In this document: in pieces, positions 1 through 13,270 of the stretch | Layout of the letters: each line of letters begins with the position of its first letter | How positions within the stretch are numbered: position 1 is the first letter of the stretch | Source of the DNA: Dictyostelium discoideum | Lineage: Eukaryota | NCBI GenBank assembly: GCA_000004695.1 | Contig: CM000151.3 | Coordinates: 3,232,001 to 3,296,000, forward strand | DNA: 64,000 nt | Direction of reading: 5' to 3' | The notes under the pieces: generated by a model | Database searches by the model: none | What the model was told of the DNA's origin: nothing | What the model saw: the letters and a program-made list of their open reading frames with translations, nothing else | Position numbers and translations under genes: made by a program

Positions 1-104
1 ATCGAAAATCAGTTCTTTTTAGTGTTGATAAAAAGTATCTATCAAAGATATTTTACTCACCTAATGCGTTTTTTTCTAAACATTTTAACTTTTTCTTTAA
101 ATTT

Positions 105-141
<37 letters not shown>

Positions 142-366
142 TTTTTATTTTTGATTTTTATATTAAAACTTTTTTTTTTTTTTGATTTTTTTTTTAAAAA
201 AAGAAGTATATAATTATACATATCTATTTTATTTATTTGTATAATTATTTTTTTTTAATTTTTTTTTTTTTTTGTACTTTTAAATTTCAAAAACAAATTT
301 TTCTTTTTTTTTTTAATGTTTTTTATTTGATCAATAAATAATTTGAAAAAAAAAAAAAATAACAGA

Positions 367-3300
367 ATGAGCCCAAGTTTACCAATTCCAGATTTCCAAG
401 ATGCCCCTCAAAATTTATTAAGAGATGGTAAATTATTACTTTTTTTTTTCTTTTCTCAATTTCAATTTTTTTTCTTTTTTTTAACTTTTTATTTTTATTA
501 ATTTATTTATTTTAGAAATTTTTGGAATCATTGAAAAAATTAAAATTAAATATGATCCAAATATTATTGGTATGGTTTCATATATTCCAACATTTTTCGA
601 TTTTGGATCAATTTTTCAATATAAAGCATCAGATAGATTATCAGTTTTAAGAAGTGTTAAATCAAACTTTTTAAATATTGCCAAACAAGCTGAATCATCA
701 TTGGAAAAGGTAAAAAAAAAAAAAAAAAAAAAAATTAAGATTTATCATTATTAAAAAAAAAAAAAAAAAAAAAAGCAAAATTTAATCTAATACTTAATTT
801 TTTTTAATTTTTTTTTATAAAAAGATGGATGCAATTAATAAACCAAATATTCATTTATTTATTACAAGAATTGTTATTCAAAATGTACCAGGTAAATCAG
901 GTACATCAAAGAAATCAACATTTTATCCAGATGGTACATTGGAAATTCAAACCGTTTTTGAGGATTCATTAAATTGTCAATATTATTTAGAGAAAAAGAT
1001 AATTCAAACATTGAATGAGTTCCGTCCATTACAAGGAGCAGAGATTCCAGTTAAAGTCCCAGCAGCAGACGCACCAGCATTCGTTGCAGCAGCACCAGTC
1101 GCAGCAGCACCAGCACAAGTTCAATCACCAGCATCATTTACACCAACACCAATTCCAACACAAGCACCAGTTACAGCAAGTGTTGTCGCACCAACTACCG
1201 CACAATCAGCTCAATTCATTGACCTTTCAATTCCATCCTATCCAAATGGTGCTTGGGAAACCTTGAAAAATGATATTGTAAACTCATTGAAACCAATTAA
1301 AATTGATAATTCAATTTTACCAGGTCCACCATTTGATGCACAATTGGGTGTCGATTGGGCATCAGTTCCATTATCTGGCGCAGATTTTAATGCAGTACTT
1401 AGATCAATGAAAACTAATATTCCAAACATTAGTAAACAAATCGTACCAGCCATCCAAAAATTGGAAGAATTTAGAAAACCAATGATTGCAGATTTTATGG
1501 TTTCAATTGTTTTCCAAAATGTTGCAGGTAAACAATCTGCCTCAAAGAAAGCTTTCTTATCTGCTGAAGGTGCTCTCATCATTCAAGTACCATTTGAAGA
1601 TGCTTTAAATTGTTCGTATTATTTTGAAAAGAAAATTACATCTGGTCTTCAAGAATTTGCACCACCAAGTTCTGCACCAGCTGCTAAAATCACTTCACCA
1701 GTTGTTGAAACTCCATCACCAGTTGTCGCACCACCAGTTGTTGTTGCTCAACCAACTCCAGTTATGCAACCAACTTATTCAGTTCCACAACCACAACAAC
1801 CAAAACCAGCAGCAGTTTATGTACCACATTATTCAACTCAACCACAAGCAGTAGTAGCACCACCAACACCAGCACCAGCACCAGTTGTTGTTCAACCAAT
1901 TGTTAAAGAACCACCAAAACCAAAGGGTAGAGTTGAAATGGAATTTAAACCAAATATTGAAGATTTTAATCAATTATTTTTAATTAGAGAAATCGATTAT
2001 TTCCTTCAAAAGATGGTTATTGTCGATGAAAAAGATCAACCATTTGGTGTACCAATTTATATTGATTGGGCATCAGTTATGGTTTATCCATCAGCAATTA
2101 AACAAAATACAATCATTAGAAATGTAAATCTTGCAATCTATCGTTTACTTCGTGATATTGTAGTAGCAGTAAAGATGGCATGCACAGATTTTGGTAATCG
2201 TGATAATGTTGTTGAATACCTTCGTTCAGTTACAATTCAAAATATGCAAGGTAGTTCAAGTTCATTGAAAAAGGTTGTCTATGAAGATGGTCATTTAATT
2301 GTTCAAACTATTTTCGAAGATTTTGGTAATTGTGGTCTCTATTTCGATTCAAAAGTGATTCAAGCACTTCAATCACGTCCATCAACACCAACTCCAAAGA
2401 AACCAGAAGCTATTGTTATCATTAAAGAAGAGGTCGACATTCGTTATCGTGCCCATAAGAGTGTTGTAAACAAAGATGGTCAACAATATACACCATCATG
2501 TGATGTAGAATGTGATTGGGCATCATTCTCTCATAAAGCTTATGAAGGTACAAACATTGAAAATAATATCATCTCCTTATCAAATAATATTTTCGTTGAT
2601 CTTCATCAATCAATTCTTTCATTCAATAAAGATGAAATTGAAATTTTAATGAAAGAAATTACTCATATTAAATTTTCTCAAGCCACACCAGGTAAAACCA
2701 TCTTTGATAAACGTACCACAACAATGGCTGATAATGGTGTCTTAACAATTACCACAACTTTTGAAGATAGAAATGAAGGTTTTAAAACTTTTAAAGAGAA
2801 ACTTCGTCAATTATTTACTGCTCGTCTTTACAAAGTTCAAATTCGTGATACATTAGTACCAGCTCTCAAAGAAATGATTGATCTTGCCGTTAAAATTCAA
2901 TATAAAGCAAACTTTTTAGATAATATTCCAGTTACACCATTTGCTGATTATTCAAGTAAAGTCATTTTCGATTGGCAAGTTGTTGATAAAGAATCATTAG
3001 AGAATCAAGTTAATTTCTATAAAGCACTCACTGATAACTTGAAAACCACTGCTACATTTGCAAAGGTATTGGATGGTGCAATTCGTGATATTTGTTCTTA
3101 TGATGTTGGTAAAAATGAATTTGTCAATTGTACAACTTTTATTCTTCGTGATATTATCAGAGCTAAAGAAGAGGTTGTTAAAAATACAACACCATCAACT
3201 TGGGAATTCTCAGCATGTTTCCATGGTCCAGCTTTAAGTACAAATAAATCAACCTTAACAACTCTATTCAAAGAAACTTTATCAGTTGCCTTCCCATGTG

Positions 3301-5252
3301 CTATTCAAGATACATTCCCATTAATTGATGAATTAGTTGAAGATTTAGAAAGTTCAACAGGTAAGAAAGTACCAGTTGTAATTAATTATGATAGTTGGAG
3401 AAATGTTGAATCATTTAGAGATGATACCACATCTTATAAAAGTATTAAAGATATCGTTGTTAATGTACCAAGAAGAGGTTTAGGTGCAATTATGGATTTG
3501 GTTAAAGATGAAATCGTCAAAGAGGAATATAATAAAAAAGTTAATAAAATCATTATCGTTTGTGATCCATCTAATAAAGTTGAAGCATCACGTTCAAAAG
3601 ATCCAAATGTACTTGGTAAATTAGTAAATGGTGAATTAACATTCACTCTTAATTTCAGAGATGCTAAATCTGGAACCACAAAATCATGGGATTATCAATT
3701 GGAATTAATGTTACAAACTCGTCCACTCAAGATTCAAAGAGCTATTAATAAAGCCAAGATGTCATTAGATGAAGTTACAAAGAAATTCTCTGCACTCATT
3801 GGTAAACAAGTACCAGTTTCAGTTGATTACAATGGTTTCATTAATGATAGTCATTTCATTGTAGATTTGGAAGAAGAAGTCTATACCAAGGTTATTTCAT
3901 CATTTGCTCATCTTTTAACCAAAGGTTGGATTGATAATGGTCCAGCTGCTGAACTTTTAACTTATGATACCGTTAAGAAATCAATTCAAAATCAAATGAC
4001 CAACTTGAAATTTGTTATCAATTGCGCATCATCTCAAAAAGAAAATTATGAATTTAGTTTCAATGGTACTGAATTCATTGCTGGTTTAAATTTAAATTCA
4101 GCATGTAAAGTAGAATTAAAAGAATGGAGATTAGAAATGGAAAGAATGTTCAAACTTCGTGATCTTAGACTTCGTGAAGAAATTGCAGTTAGAGTTGATT
4201 TATCACAATCAAAGAAAGCCATCGATGCTGTCATTGGTAGACCAGTTCAACTTGAAATCGATTGGGAATCACTCATTAGAAATGCAGATTTCCTTTGTAA
4301 TCTCAATGATTATTGTAAAGTTATTCATGTTTTCTCTGAAGATATCTCAATGGAATTATCAACTAAATATGGTTTTGGTAGATGTGTAGAATATACTGAA
4401 ATCCAAGCATTCGTTCAAAATAATCTCTCAAAAATTGTAATCTGTGCTGGTAATTCATTATCAGGTGTTGATATCTCTTATGATAAATCTTCAAAAACCA
4501 TCAAAGTTTCCGTTGGAATTAAAGTACTTTATAAACAAATTCAAGCAAATACCAATAATTATGAATCCTATGGTAGACAAATTGAAAATGTTATGGGCTT
4601 ACGTATGATGATGATTCAAGGTTATATTAAACGTAATAATCCACCAGCCATTGAAGATGCTAAATCACGTTTAAGAGAAGCCGTTGAAATGGATGTTAGT
4701 TTAGAAATTGAATGGTCTTCAATCATTGATCATCCATCATTTAATAAGATTGTTGAATTTGTTCCAGTATTAAAGAATATCGTTTCATTATCAGCCCAAC
4801 TCAATCCATTAGTTAAATTATGTCGTGAAAATTTCGAAGCTAAAGCTCAACTTAAAGCAGTACGTAATTATACAATCATTGTTGATGGTAGTAGTCGTGT
4901 CGATGAAGGTGAATTTGATACCAATAAATTTGGTGTTGACTGGGCTAAAGTATCATGGAAAGCTCCACCAGCTCGTGATCATATCGTAGTTACCGTCAAT
5001 CTCGAATCAATCATTAAAACTTCACCACATGACCTTTCAATTGAAGATAAAATCGAATTCCTTGTCACTCCAGATAAGGCAATTGAACGTTTCAATAGAA
5101 AAGAAGATTTAGAAAATCGTGAACATGATAGACGTATGGCAGAACGTCGTCATAATGAACAAATGCGTGCTGATGAAAGATTAGCTGATGCTGCTCGTGA
5201 TAGAAATAGAGAATTAGAAAGATTAAATAGAAATTTAACAAGAAGATATTAA
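367..5252 (+). CDS. Large hypothetical protein (~1560 aa). Proposed 3-exon model join(367..427,516..709,825..5252). Contains three internal copies of a ~50-aa module and Pro/Ala/Val/Thr-rich linkers.
   Basis: Exon 3 is the 1475-aa ORF 825..5252. The 572..754 ORF continues upstream in the same frame to an AG acceptor at 514-515 and ends at GAAAAG|GTAAAAA (donor 710-711). A (T)nAAAG acceptor lies at 823-824 and ATG at 367 with an A-rich Kozak context; the exon-1 donor is GTAAAT at 428. The module IQNVxGKxxxSKKxxFxxDGxLxIQxxFEDxxNCxYYxEKKI recurs at ~880, ~1510 and ~2230, each followed by a DWASV motif. The C-terminus is an Arg/Glu-rich coiled-coil-like tail. No family recognised. Confidence 0.5.
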
Positions 5253-5346
5253 AAATAATAAAAAAAAATAAAAAAAAATAAAAATAAAAATAAATAAAGT
5301 ATTTATATAATTTTAAAAAAAGTTTTTATTTTTTTATTTTTTTATT

Positions 5347-8124
5347 TTATTCTAAAATTAAATTATTTGCGTTAAGTATAAAATCACTTTTTTTAAATAA
5401 TAATTTTATTGGTGAAGATTGTGGTGTTGATTTAATTTTTTTAATATTTTTAGCACTCAACAATAAAAAATAATCTTCCCTATTTGTTGCATTTGCAAAT
5501 TCTTTAAAAAATTGTTTAATAATTTGATAATTGCCAATTGTCATAATCATATTTAAATCATAAATAATTCTAAATACTTCATAAAGTTCTTGTTTTGATT
5601 TTACATATTTATCATCATCATCACCATTACCACCACTATCACCATTACCATCAGCATCACTATCATCATTACCATCAGCATTGACAATTTTCCTATTATA
5701 ATAATTTGGTGAAATTAGTTTTGTTAAACTACCATCAATAACTTTTGATTCAATTAATTTACAATGAAAATAATTATTTAAAATTAATGAATAATCAATT
5801 GAAATTTCAATTCCATTTGAAATTAAATAATTTATAACATATTGAAATAAATAATTTGAATTATAATTATCTAATGAATAAATTAAATGATTTAATGAAA
5901 AACTATAAAAAGTATAACCTAAATTATTTATCATAAATGTTGCTGTACTTGTATCAATACAATATTCACAATTTAAATTACCAATACTATTGAAATGAAT
6001 GAATTTAATTATTTCTAAATCTTTAGTTTTTAAACAATTTCTACCAATTTTAATTGAATCCCAAATAAAATAATCTTTATAATTATAATAAAAATATTTT
6101 AAAACATTTAGATTTGTAAATGTAACTTTTGATTTAATTAATTGTATTTTATTTTTATTTATATATTCATTAATTGAACCAATAATTAATTCAGCATGTT
6201 CTGGTATTTTAAAATTTTTTGAATCAAATTCACTTTTAATTATAAATTTTAAATAATTTCTAATAAATCCATTTGCACCTAATTGAATTAATTGATTTAA
6301 AAATTCAATTTTCTTTTCAATTGATATTATAATTCTTCCTTCGCCATTATTATCATTTAATAATTTATTTATTAAATTTATATTAACTTGATCAAAAAAA
6401 TAAATATCTTTTAATTTAAATTTATCAAATGTTGGATTAAATGAAAATATTTTTGAATTATTTGTATTATATTTTATGATATTTTCAATTAAATAAGAAT
6501 CTGCATAATAATGTGAAATTAGAATTGAAGATTTAATAATTTCAGTTGTTGATGATAAATGTTCAATTAAATGAAATTCTTTATAAGTTCTAACGAAATT
6601 AACAATTTGATTAAACTTATTCTCTGGTTGAATATGATTATTAAAATATAAAAAATCAAATAAAAAAACTCTTTTAATTTCTCTTTCTAAATTAAAATCT
6701 TTAAAATTTATATTTGTAAAATTACCAAAACTACATTCAATTGGATAATTTTTAATAGTATTATTAAATTTTGGTTTTGATATTAAATTTGTTAATAATA
6801 ATTTACCATGTTCTAAAAAATTATTTTCACCTAATATTATCTTTGATGATTTATTATATTTAATTAAATCAATTTCTTTTAAAATATATAAATTATAATT
6901 AAATTTATTATTATTATTTTCATTTTCATTATTATTATTATAATTAATTAAATATTGAATCTTTTTTAATATTAAACTATTTTTTTTAATTTGATCAATT
7001 GATGAAACTGTTAATGAAAATATTGAAACTTTAATAAATTCTAAATAATCTTGAAATTTAATTTTATTATTATTAATTGTTGAGTCATCAAAATGATTGA
7101 ATAACATTGAATATTTATGAGAATCAAAGAATAGTGGTATATTTAAATCATAAAGTTTTTTAAATAGATTGAATGGTAATTTTAATAAATTTTGAAAATA
7201 ATAATATGGTACATTCAATCTATTATAGGTACTTGGATATTCAATTTTTGGTATATTAAATTTTAAATCTTCCAATAGGTATTGAATAGCATTTGAACGA
7301 TTTTCAGATTTTAAAGAGTAGATTAATGATTTCCATGGATTTTTAATAGCAATATCAAGTTTTAAATGCACAAATTTTATTATATCCATATTACCATACA
7401 ACAATGCAATCTCTAATAAACCACCTTCACAACCACCATTATCCGCCGTACCATCTTTATCACCAACTGACATTGATAATTGGTTTTTTAAACTTCCACT
7501 AATTGGTGTGGTTAAATCATTAATAGATTCTTGATAAACTATTTTTAAAAAATCAAAATTTTCACTATGAATTGATAATGCAATTAAACTAATACCTTTT
7601 TTAATATTAACAGATTGTGTTGTTTTATATTTTGATAATAGTAAATTATTTATTGTTTCTTTTATTGTCATTGTTAATGATGATGGTGTTGGATATTCAT
7701 GTAATAATTTTGTATTATTAATTAATTGATTTAAATTTGTTTTATAAAATTGTTTTAAAACTTTTATAAAATTTTCATTATTATTTATATTATTTGATTG
7801 AATTAAGTTTATACAATTTATTAAATTTTCAAATGTGAATCCTGTGAAAACTGTATTCATTTGAATTTTATATAAAAGTAATTGATAATGTTTATTAATT
7901 ATAATCCAATCGAATGATGCTTGTTTGAAATTTAATACTTCTGTGAATTTAGAATTTTGACTACTATTTGTTATTTGTTCATTTATTAAATAAACATAAT
8001 TAAATATTAATCTTGAAATATAAATATTCTTAAAAACTAATTTATACAATTTATAAATTTTAAAATCATTTATATTATTATCATTATTATTATTAATATT
8101 ATTATTACTATTATTTATTTCCAT
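5347..8124 (-). CDS. Asn-rich hypothetical protein (925 aa), apparently single-exon
   Basis: Uninterrupted 925-codon ORF starting MEINNSNNN with a poly-Asn N-terminus and an acidic Asp/Gly-rich C-terminal tract. The N-terminal motif (YKLYKLVFKNIYISRLIFNYVYLI) resembles the N-terminus of the 43158..43466 ORF (ILFWKVIHNKYLFNLIFQHI), suggesting a paralogous family. No known domain recognised. Confidence 0.55.
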   Translation of the reverse strand: MEINNSNNNINNNNDNNINDFKIYKLYKLVFKNIYISRLIFNYVYLINEQITNSSQNSKFTEVLNFKQASFDWIIINKHYQLLLYKIQMNTVFTGFTFENLINCINLIQSNNINNNENFIKVLKQFYKTNLNQLINNTKLLHEYPTPSSLTMTIKETINNLLLSKYKTTQSVNIKKGISLIALSIHSENFDFLKIVYQESINDLTTPISGSLKNQLSMSVGDKDGTADNGGCEGGLLEIALLYGNMDIIKFVHLKLDIAIKNPWKSLIYSLKSENRSNAIQYLLEDLKFNIPKIEYPSTYNRLNVPYYYFQNLLKLPFNLFKKLYDLNIPLFFDSHKYSMLFNHFDDSTINNNKIKFQDYLEFIKVSIFSLTVSSIDQIKKNSLILKKIQYLINYNNNNENENNNNKFNYNLYILKEIDLIKYNKSSKIILGENNFLEHGKLLLTNLISKPKFNNTIKNYPIECSFGNFTNINFKDFNLEREIKRVFLFDFLYFNNHIQPENKFNQIVNFVRTYKEFHLIEHLSSTTEIIKSSILISHYYADSYLIENIIKYNTNNSKIFSFNPTFDKFKLKDIYFFDQVNINLINKLLNDNNGEGRIIISIEKKIEFLNQLIQLGANGFIRNYLKFIIKSEFDSKNFKIPEHAELIIGSINEYINKNKIQLIKSKVTFTNLNVLKYFYYNYKDYFIWDSIKIGRNCLKTKDLEIIKFIHFNSIGNLNCEYCIDTSTATFMINNLGYTFYSFSLNHLIYSLDNYNSNYLFQYVINYLISNGIEISIDYSLILNNYFHCKLIESKVIDGSLTKLISPNYYNRKIVNADGNDDSDADGNGDSGGNGDDDDKYVKSKQELYEVFRIIYDLNMIMTIGNYQIIKQFFKEFANATNREDYFLLLSAKNIKKIKSTPQSSPIKLLFKKSDFILNANNLILE

Positions 8125-8777
8125 TAAAAAATTATTATTATTTTTTTTTTTTATTTGATTTGTTGTGTGGGTGTTTGGGAGTAATTGCGATGGTTATTTT
8201 TTGAAAAAAAAAAAAAAAAAAAAAAAAGATATTTTCAAAAAAAAAAAAATATATTTTTCTAATAAATTTTAAAAATAGTTATTTATTTTAAAAATTGAAT
8301 ATCTGTTCTATTTTTTATTTCCTTTTTGGTTTCTATTTTATTTTTTTTTTTTTTTACAATTTTTTTTTTTTTTTTTTTTTTTTTAATTTTAGTTTTTTTA
8401 ATTTTTTAGGTTTTTTTTTTTTTTTTTTTTTTATTATAGATAATAAAAAAAAAAAATAATAATAATTATAGTAATCAAAAATATTCAAACTATATTAATT
8501 TAAATTAATATTCTTAAAGAATAGTGTTTCATTTTTTATTCCAACTTTTTATTTTTTTATTTTTTTTTTAAAAATTTTTTTTTTTTTTTTTTGATTTTTA
8601 ATTTTTAATTTTTTTTTTCAAACTAATTTTTTATTTTTTCATAAATATATAAAAAATAATAATAATAATAATAATATAATAATAATATAATAATATATAA
8701 AGAAATATAACCAATAATATACATTAAAAAAACAATATATAAACAATAAACAATTAAAATAAAAAAAAAAAATTAAA

Positions 8778-10129
8778 ATGACAAATACCAATAACTACGA
8801 TGAAGAAAAAGATGAAGATGGAGAAAATGATGACTTATTAAATTATATTATAAATGGATTAATATTTGATATTGATAAATTAGAAAAAGAGATTATTGAA
8901 TTACAAGAAACTAAAACATCCACAACTCCAGCTTCAACAACACCAACTTCAACAACACCAAGATCAAAATCCTCATCGGACTTACAACAATCAGAATCCC
9001 ACCAACAACAACAACAACAACCACAAAATAAATCACAAACACCAAACTATAAAGAAGAATTAAATAATGTTACAAATTTAATAATACAAGAATTTGAACA
9101 ATCTAAAATTTCATCATTAGCAACCAATAATAATATTAATAATAATAAGAGGATAACAATACCTGATAATCATTCAAATAATCCTGATAAACTATTAGAA
9201 ATTCAATTAATTAATAAAATATTTGATATAAGTAAAGCATTTGATGGTAAATCAAATAATTTAGTCTCCTCTTTTCAAAATTGTACAAATAATAATAATA
9301 ATAATAATAATAACACTGACAACAACAACAATAACAATATTTCAAATAATAATAATAATAACAATGTTCCGACATTACAACCACTATCTTTTAATAATAG
9401 AAATAATTTAGTAAATGGTAATATTAGTAGCAGCAGTAGTAGTAATAGTAGTAATAATAATATTGGTAGTAGTAATAGTAACAATGTAACAATAGGTAGT
9501 TTAAGGGATTTGAATAAAATTCAACCACAAAGTTTAAATGAATTTGGTGAATGGAAATCATTAATTGATGAAGAATTATCAGATCTCTATACATTGGTTA
9601 AAGAATTAAAACGTAAAATACCTTCAAATACTAGAACAACAAGTTCTAATAATATAACTGATTCTCCTGTGGTATGTTTATTTTTTTTTTTTTTTTTTTT
9701 TTTTTCCAGAAATAATAATCATTCATACTAACTATATTTCTTTTTTCTTTTTTTTAATAAAAAAATAGTCTAAAGGTAGAAATAAAGATTTATATTTGTA
9801 TAATAATACTTTTACAAACATTTTACAATTAAAAAATGTAAACATTATTTATATTTCCAATAATAATCTTTTAATAATATTATTTAATTAACATTTTTAT
9901 TTTATTTTTTTAATTATAGGATTTAGTATCAATGATCCAAAGTCCAATGTTCAAAGATAATGAATATAATAAACATAATATTGGTAGTGATTCATATAGT
10001 AGTAATAATAATAGTAATAATAATTTATCAAATCTTAAAGATGATGGAACCTCAACAAATACAGCGGGTGGTGGTTCACCAAATAAAAAGAGTGTAAAAC
10101 AATTAGTATTATTATTTTCCCCATAAAAT
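8778..10129 (+). CDS. Asn/Ser/Gln-rich hypothetical protein. Proposed 2 exons join(8778..9671,9920..10129).
   Basis: The 317-aa ORF runs into a poly(T) tract only after a canonical GTATGT donor at 9672. An in-frame (phase 0) TTATAG acceptor at 9918-9919 continues the frame into the 9932..10126 ORF (DLVSMIQSPMFKDNEY...) to TAA at 10127-10129. Low-complexity protein; no family recognised. Confidence 0.45.
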
Positions 10130-10325
10130 GTAAACATAATAAAACAAAAGATAAAAATAAAAACAAAAGGAAAGCTATTTATTAAATTATTTTTATTTTT
10201 ATTTTTATTTATTTGATTACTTTGATTTTTTTTTATTTTTTTTTTTTTTATTATTGTTTTATTTTATTTTATTTTTTTTTTATTTTTTTTTTTATTTTTT
10301 TTAATAATTAGATATAGTTATTTTT

Positions 10326-11585
10326 TTAAAAGATTGGAATGTATTGATTCATTTTTTGTTTCATATTTTGACTAATACATTCAGCAATCCAAACTATATT
10401 TCTAATTTCTTGTTCTCTTAATTTAATGTAAGCGTAAAAGACACCATAACCATATTGATCTTCAAAAGCCATACGATTTAAGTGAACTTCATGTTCAAAG
10501 AATGAGTCTTCCAATGATTTCTCGTTGTTGACACCATCAGAGAAGAAATTACGATAGGTAGAGTAAACTTCGAGGATACCTCTAACTTGATCAACGTCTT
10601 CAGCTTTACCAAGTTTGCTAGTACCTTCTGGGTATAAAAGACCTAAGGATGGGTAAAGTTTTTCACGATCATCCTTTGAGAGTTCAGTTGCACCAAAACT
10701 ATTGATTGTGATATTGATTGATCTACGATCTGCTTCAAACTTTAAAATATCACTCATGATCAATTCAGTTTGACCACCGAGATATTTGCAATAGTTGTAA
10801 AAATCTTCTAAATAAGCTTTATATAAAGTATTTCTAATAATTTCAATATTCATTTCATCTAAATCTTCTTCTGATAAACAACCTTGAATGTATGGTGCTA
10901 TAAAATTTTGAAAATTAAATATTAATAACAATTTGATTTAATTAAAATTTTATATAAAACCATATGGTGGTTGATCTAACTTACCTAATGGTGTATCAAT
11001 TAAAACATTATTATAAAGGTCAGCGACATTATGAACGACAGAGAGAGTGGCCATTGACTTGAATAAACCTAATGGGTGACATTTATCGACCAATTCAGAG
11101 ATATCTCTTTCGTGGAGAGTACCAGTGATTAATAAAACGACGTTATCAATCATATAACCATATGAAATGAAATCCATAAAAGTTGAAAGTGGTTCGACTG
11201 CTTGATTTCTAATGTGGTTGAATTCACTTACTAATTTACCTGTTGCTTTCTCTGCAATGGTGGTTGTATGAATTGGTGATGGTTCACCTGCAAGGAAATC
11301 ACCATAATCTGTTGAAATGAAATGCATTTTCATATCTAAAAAGAAAATAAAAAAAAAAAAAAAAAAAAAAAAAACAAATAATTATTTTATTTAATTTTAT
11401 GTCATATTATATTATATTATTTTATTTATATAGTTTTATATTTTTAAAAAATATATAAGAATTCGTTAGTTTTTATTTTTATTTTTATTTTTTTTTAAAA
11501 AATTTTTATTTATTTTTTATTTATTTTTTTATTTCCCAGTCACACCACCACACAATAATATTTTTTTTTTTTTAATGCGAGAAAG

Positions 11586-11619
<34 letters not shown>

Positions 11620-11798
11620 AAATAATATGAATAAAATTATAATAGTTTACCTTCTAAATTATCGCATTGACATAAATTATTGTAATCGGCTCTTGAGAGG
11701 ATACCTTTTTTGAAACCTCTTAAGATAGCTTCTAAATAACCATCATCTTTATTGAAAGTGAATAAACCACCATGTTTTCTACCACCAAATAAACCCAT
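10326..11798 (-). CDS. V-type H+-ATPase V0 sector subunit d (ATP6V0D/Vma6 orthologue), 356 aa. Exons complement(join(10326..10897,10985..11335,11651..11798)).
   Basis: The translated exons align along their length with metazoan ATP6V0D1: [15 protein letters not shown]...[126 protein letters not shown]...YIPIF. Exon 1 ([49 protein letters not shown]) is not in the supplied ORF track. It was found by reverse-complementing 11651-11798; GTAAAC donor, TTTTAG acceptor at 11336-11337 (phase 1). Exon 2 ends IDTPLG|GTAAGT (donor 10984) and exon 3 has a TTTTATAG acceptor at 10898-10899. All phases are consistent and the total is 1071 nt. Confidence 0.85.
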
Positions 11799-12083
11799 CT
11801 TTTAATGTTTATATATATATGTTGTTGTTTTTGTTTGTATGAATTAAAGTTATTTATTGCTTTTTTCTCTTTCTATAATAATAATAATGTACAATTTTAA
11901 TAAATATACAATATTATTCTTTTTAAACTATATAAAAAAAAAAAAACTTTAATTTAGAAAAAAAAAAAAAAAAGTCCCTAATAAAAAAAAAAAAATAATA
12001 AAAATAACGCAAAAAGTTTTTTTTTTTTTTTTTAAATTTTTTTTTTAATTTTTTTTTTTCTCCCAGGCAAAATAGTTTTTTGA

Positions 12084-12114
<31 letters not shown>

Positions 12115-13202
12115 AGTTTAAAAAAAAACTGAAAATATAAAAAAGTCCCAGACCAGTTTAAACAATCGATTTATTAATTAAAAAAAAAAAAAAAAAAAAA
12201 AATGAAAAAAAAAAAAAAAAAAAAAAAAATGAAAATGAAATTGAAAATGAACACTTTCGTTTAAAACTTTTTTTTATTTTTAATAATTCTAATAGTATTA
12301 TTATTATTACTAATTTATTTTAATATTACATTTATTCACTAAATAAATAAATAAGTAAATGAATAAATAAATGAATGAATAAATAAAAAATATATAAATA
12401 TATTTGTTTTTTATTTTTTATTTTTTTTATTTTTTATTTTTTTTTTGACATATTTTTTTGTTTTAAAATAAATAATTTTTTTTTTTTCCTGGTGTTTTTT
12501 TTTTACTATCTGTTTTTAATCATAAAAAAGATGGTTTGTTAGATGTATAGAATAGGACTGGTTTTAATAATTCTAAATAAATGATTGACAATGAAATATT
12601 TGATAATGATTAAAAATAAACTCTTTATTTATTTATTTTTTTAAATTTAAATTTAAAAAAAAAAAAAATCTAAAATTCTTTTTTAATTTAATTCTATTAT
12701 CGATATTTATGTTTGGATTATATCAATTCAATAAATATATTAGTATCATAATTTTTTAATTAATAATTTACTTATTTGAGAAGAAAAAAAAAAAAAAAAA
12801 AAAAAAAAAAGAAAAAATTAAAAAAACTGAATGGTTACACATTTTTTTTAAATATTATTTTTTACTCTCGAATTAATATGAGATTTTGCGGTTATGAATA
12901 ATAAATTTATCATTCGAAAATGTTAATGCTAAAAAAGCCTCTAAAAAATCAATATTTGATCATTGAAATAAAAAAAAATTTAAAAATAAATGAACTGGTA
13001 TAAAAAAAATTTTTTCAGAAAAAAAAATTGGTGAGGAAAAAAAAAAAAAAAAAAAATAAAAATAAATTAAATTAGGTAAAATTAAAATCAAATTAATAAA
13101 CGTGTTCATTATTTTTTTAGTTTTCATAAAAAAATTTAATACAAATAAAATTAAAATAAATAATGAATAAAAAAAATTGGTGGGAAAATAAAGATTTTAA
13201 AA

Positions 13203-13270
<68 letters not shown>

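Noticed and set aside
572-754. 60-aa ORF 572..754 as a stand-alone gene
   Set aside because: Better explained as exon 2 of the 367..5252 gene. The frame continues upstream to an acceptor, and the ORF ends exactly at a GTAAAAA donor with an in-frame acceptor before the 825 ATG.
1015-1854. His/Gln-rich ORFs 1015..1266, 1624..1854 and the minus-strand 1238..1582 inside the large first gene
   Set aside because: Alternative-frame or antisense readings of the Pro/Ala/Val-rich linker region of the 1475-aa exon. The main frame is far longer and has the repeat structure.
9275-9484. ORFs encoding poly-Leu/Phe/Lys/Asn across homopolymer and microsatellite tracts (also 13151..13390, 13197..13388, 35760..36012, 46319..46528, 51069..51291, 36752..36952)
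   Set aside because: They are translations of poly(A)/poly(T) or (ATT)n runs, partly antisense to real genes. They show no coding-like composition.
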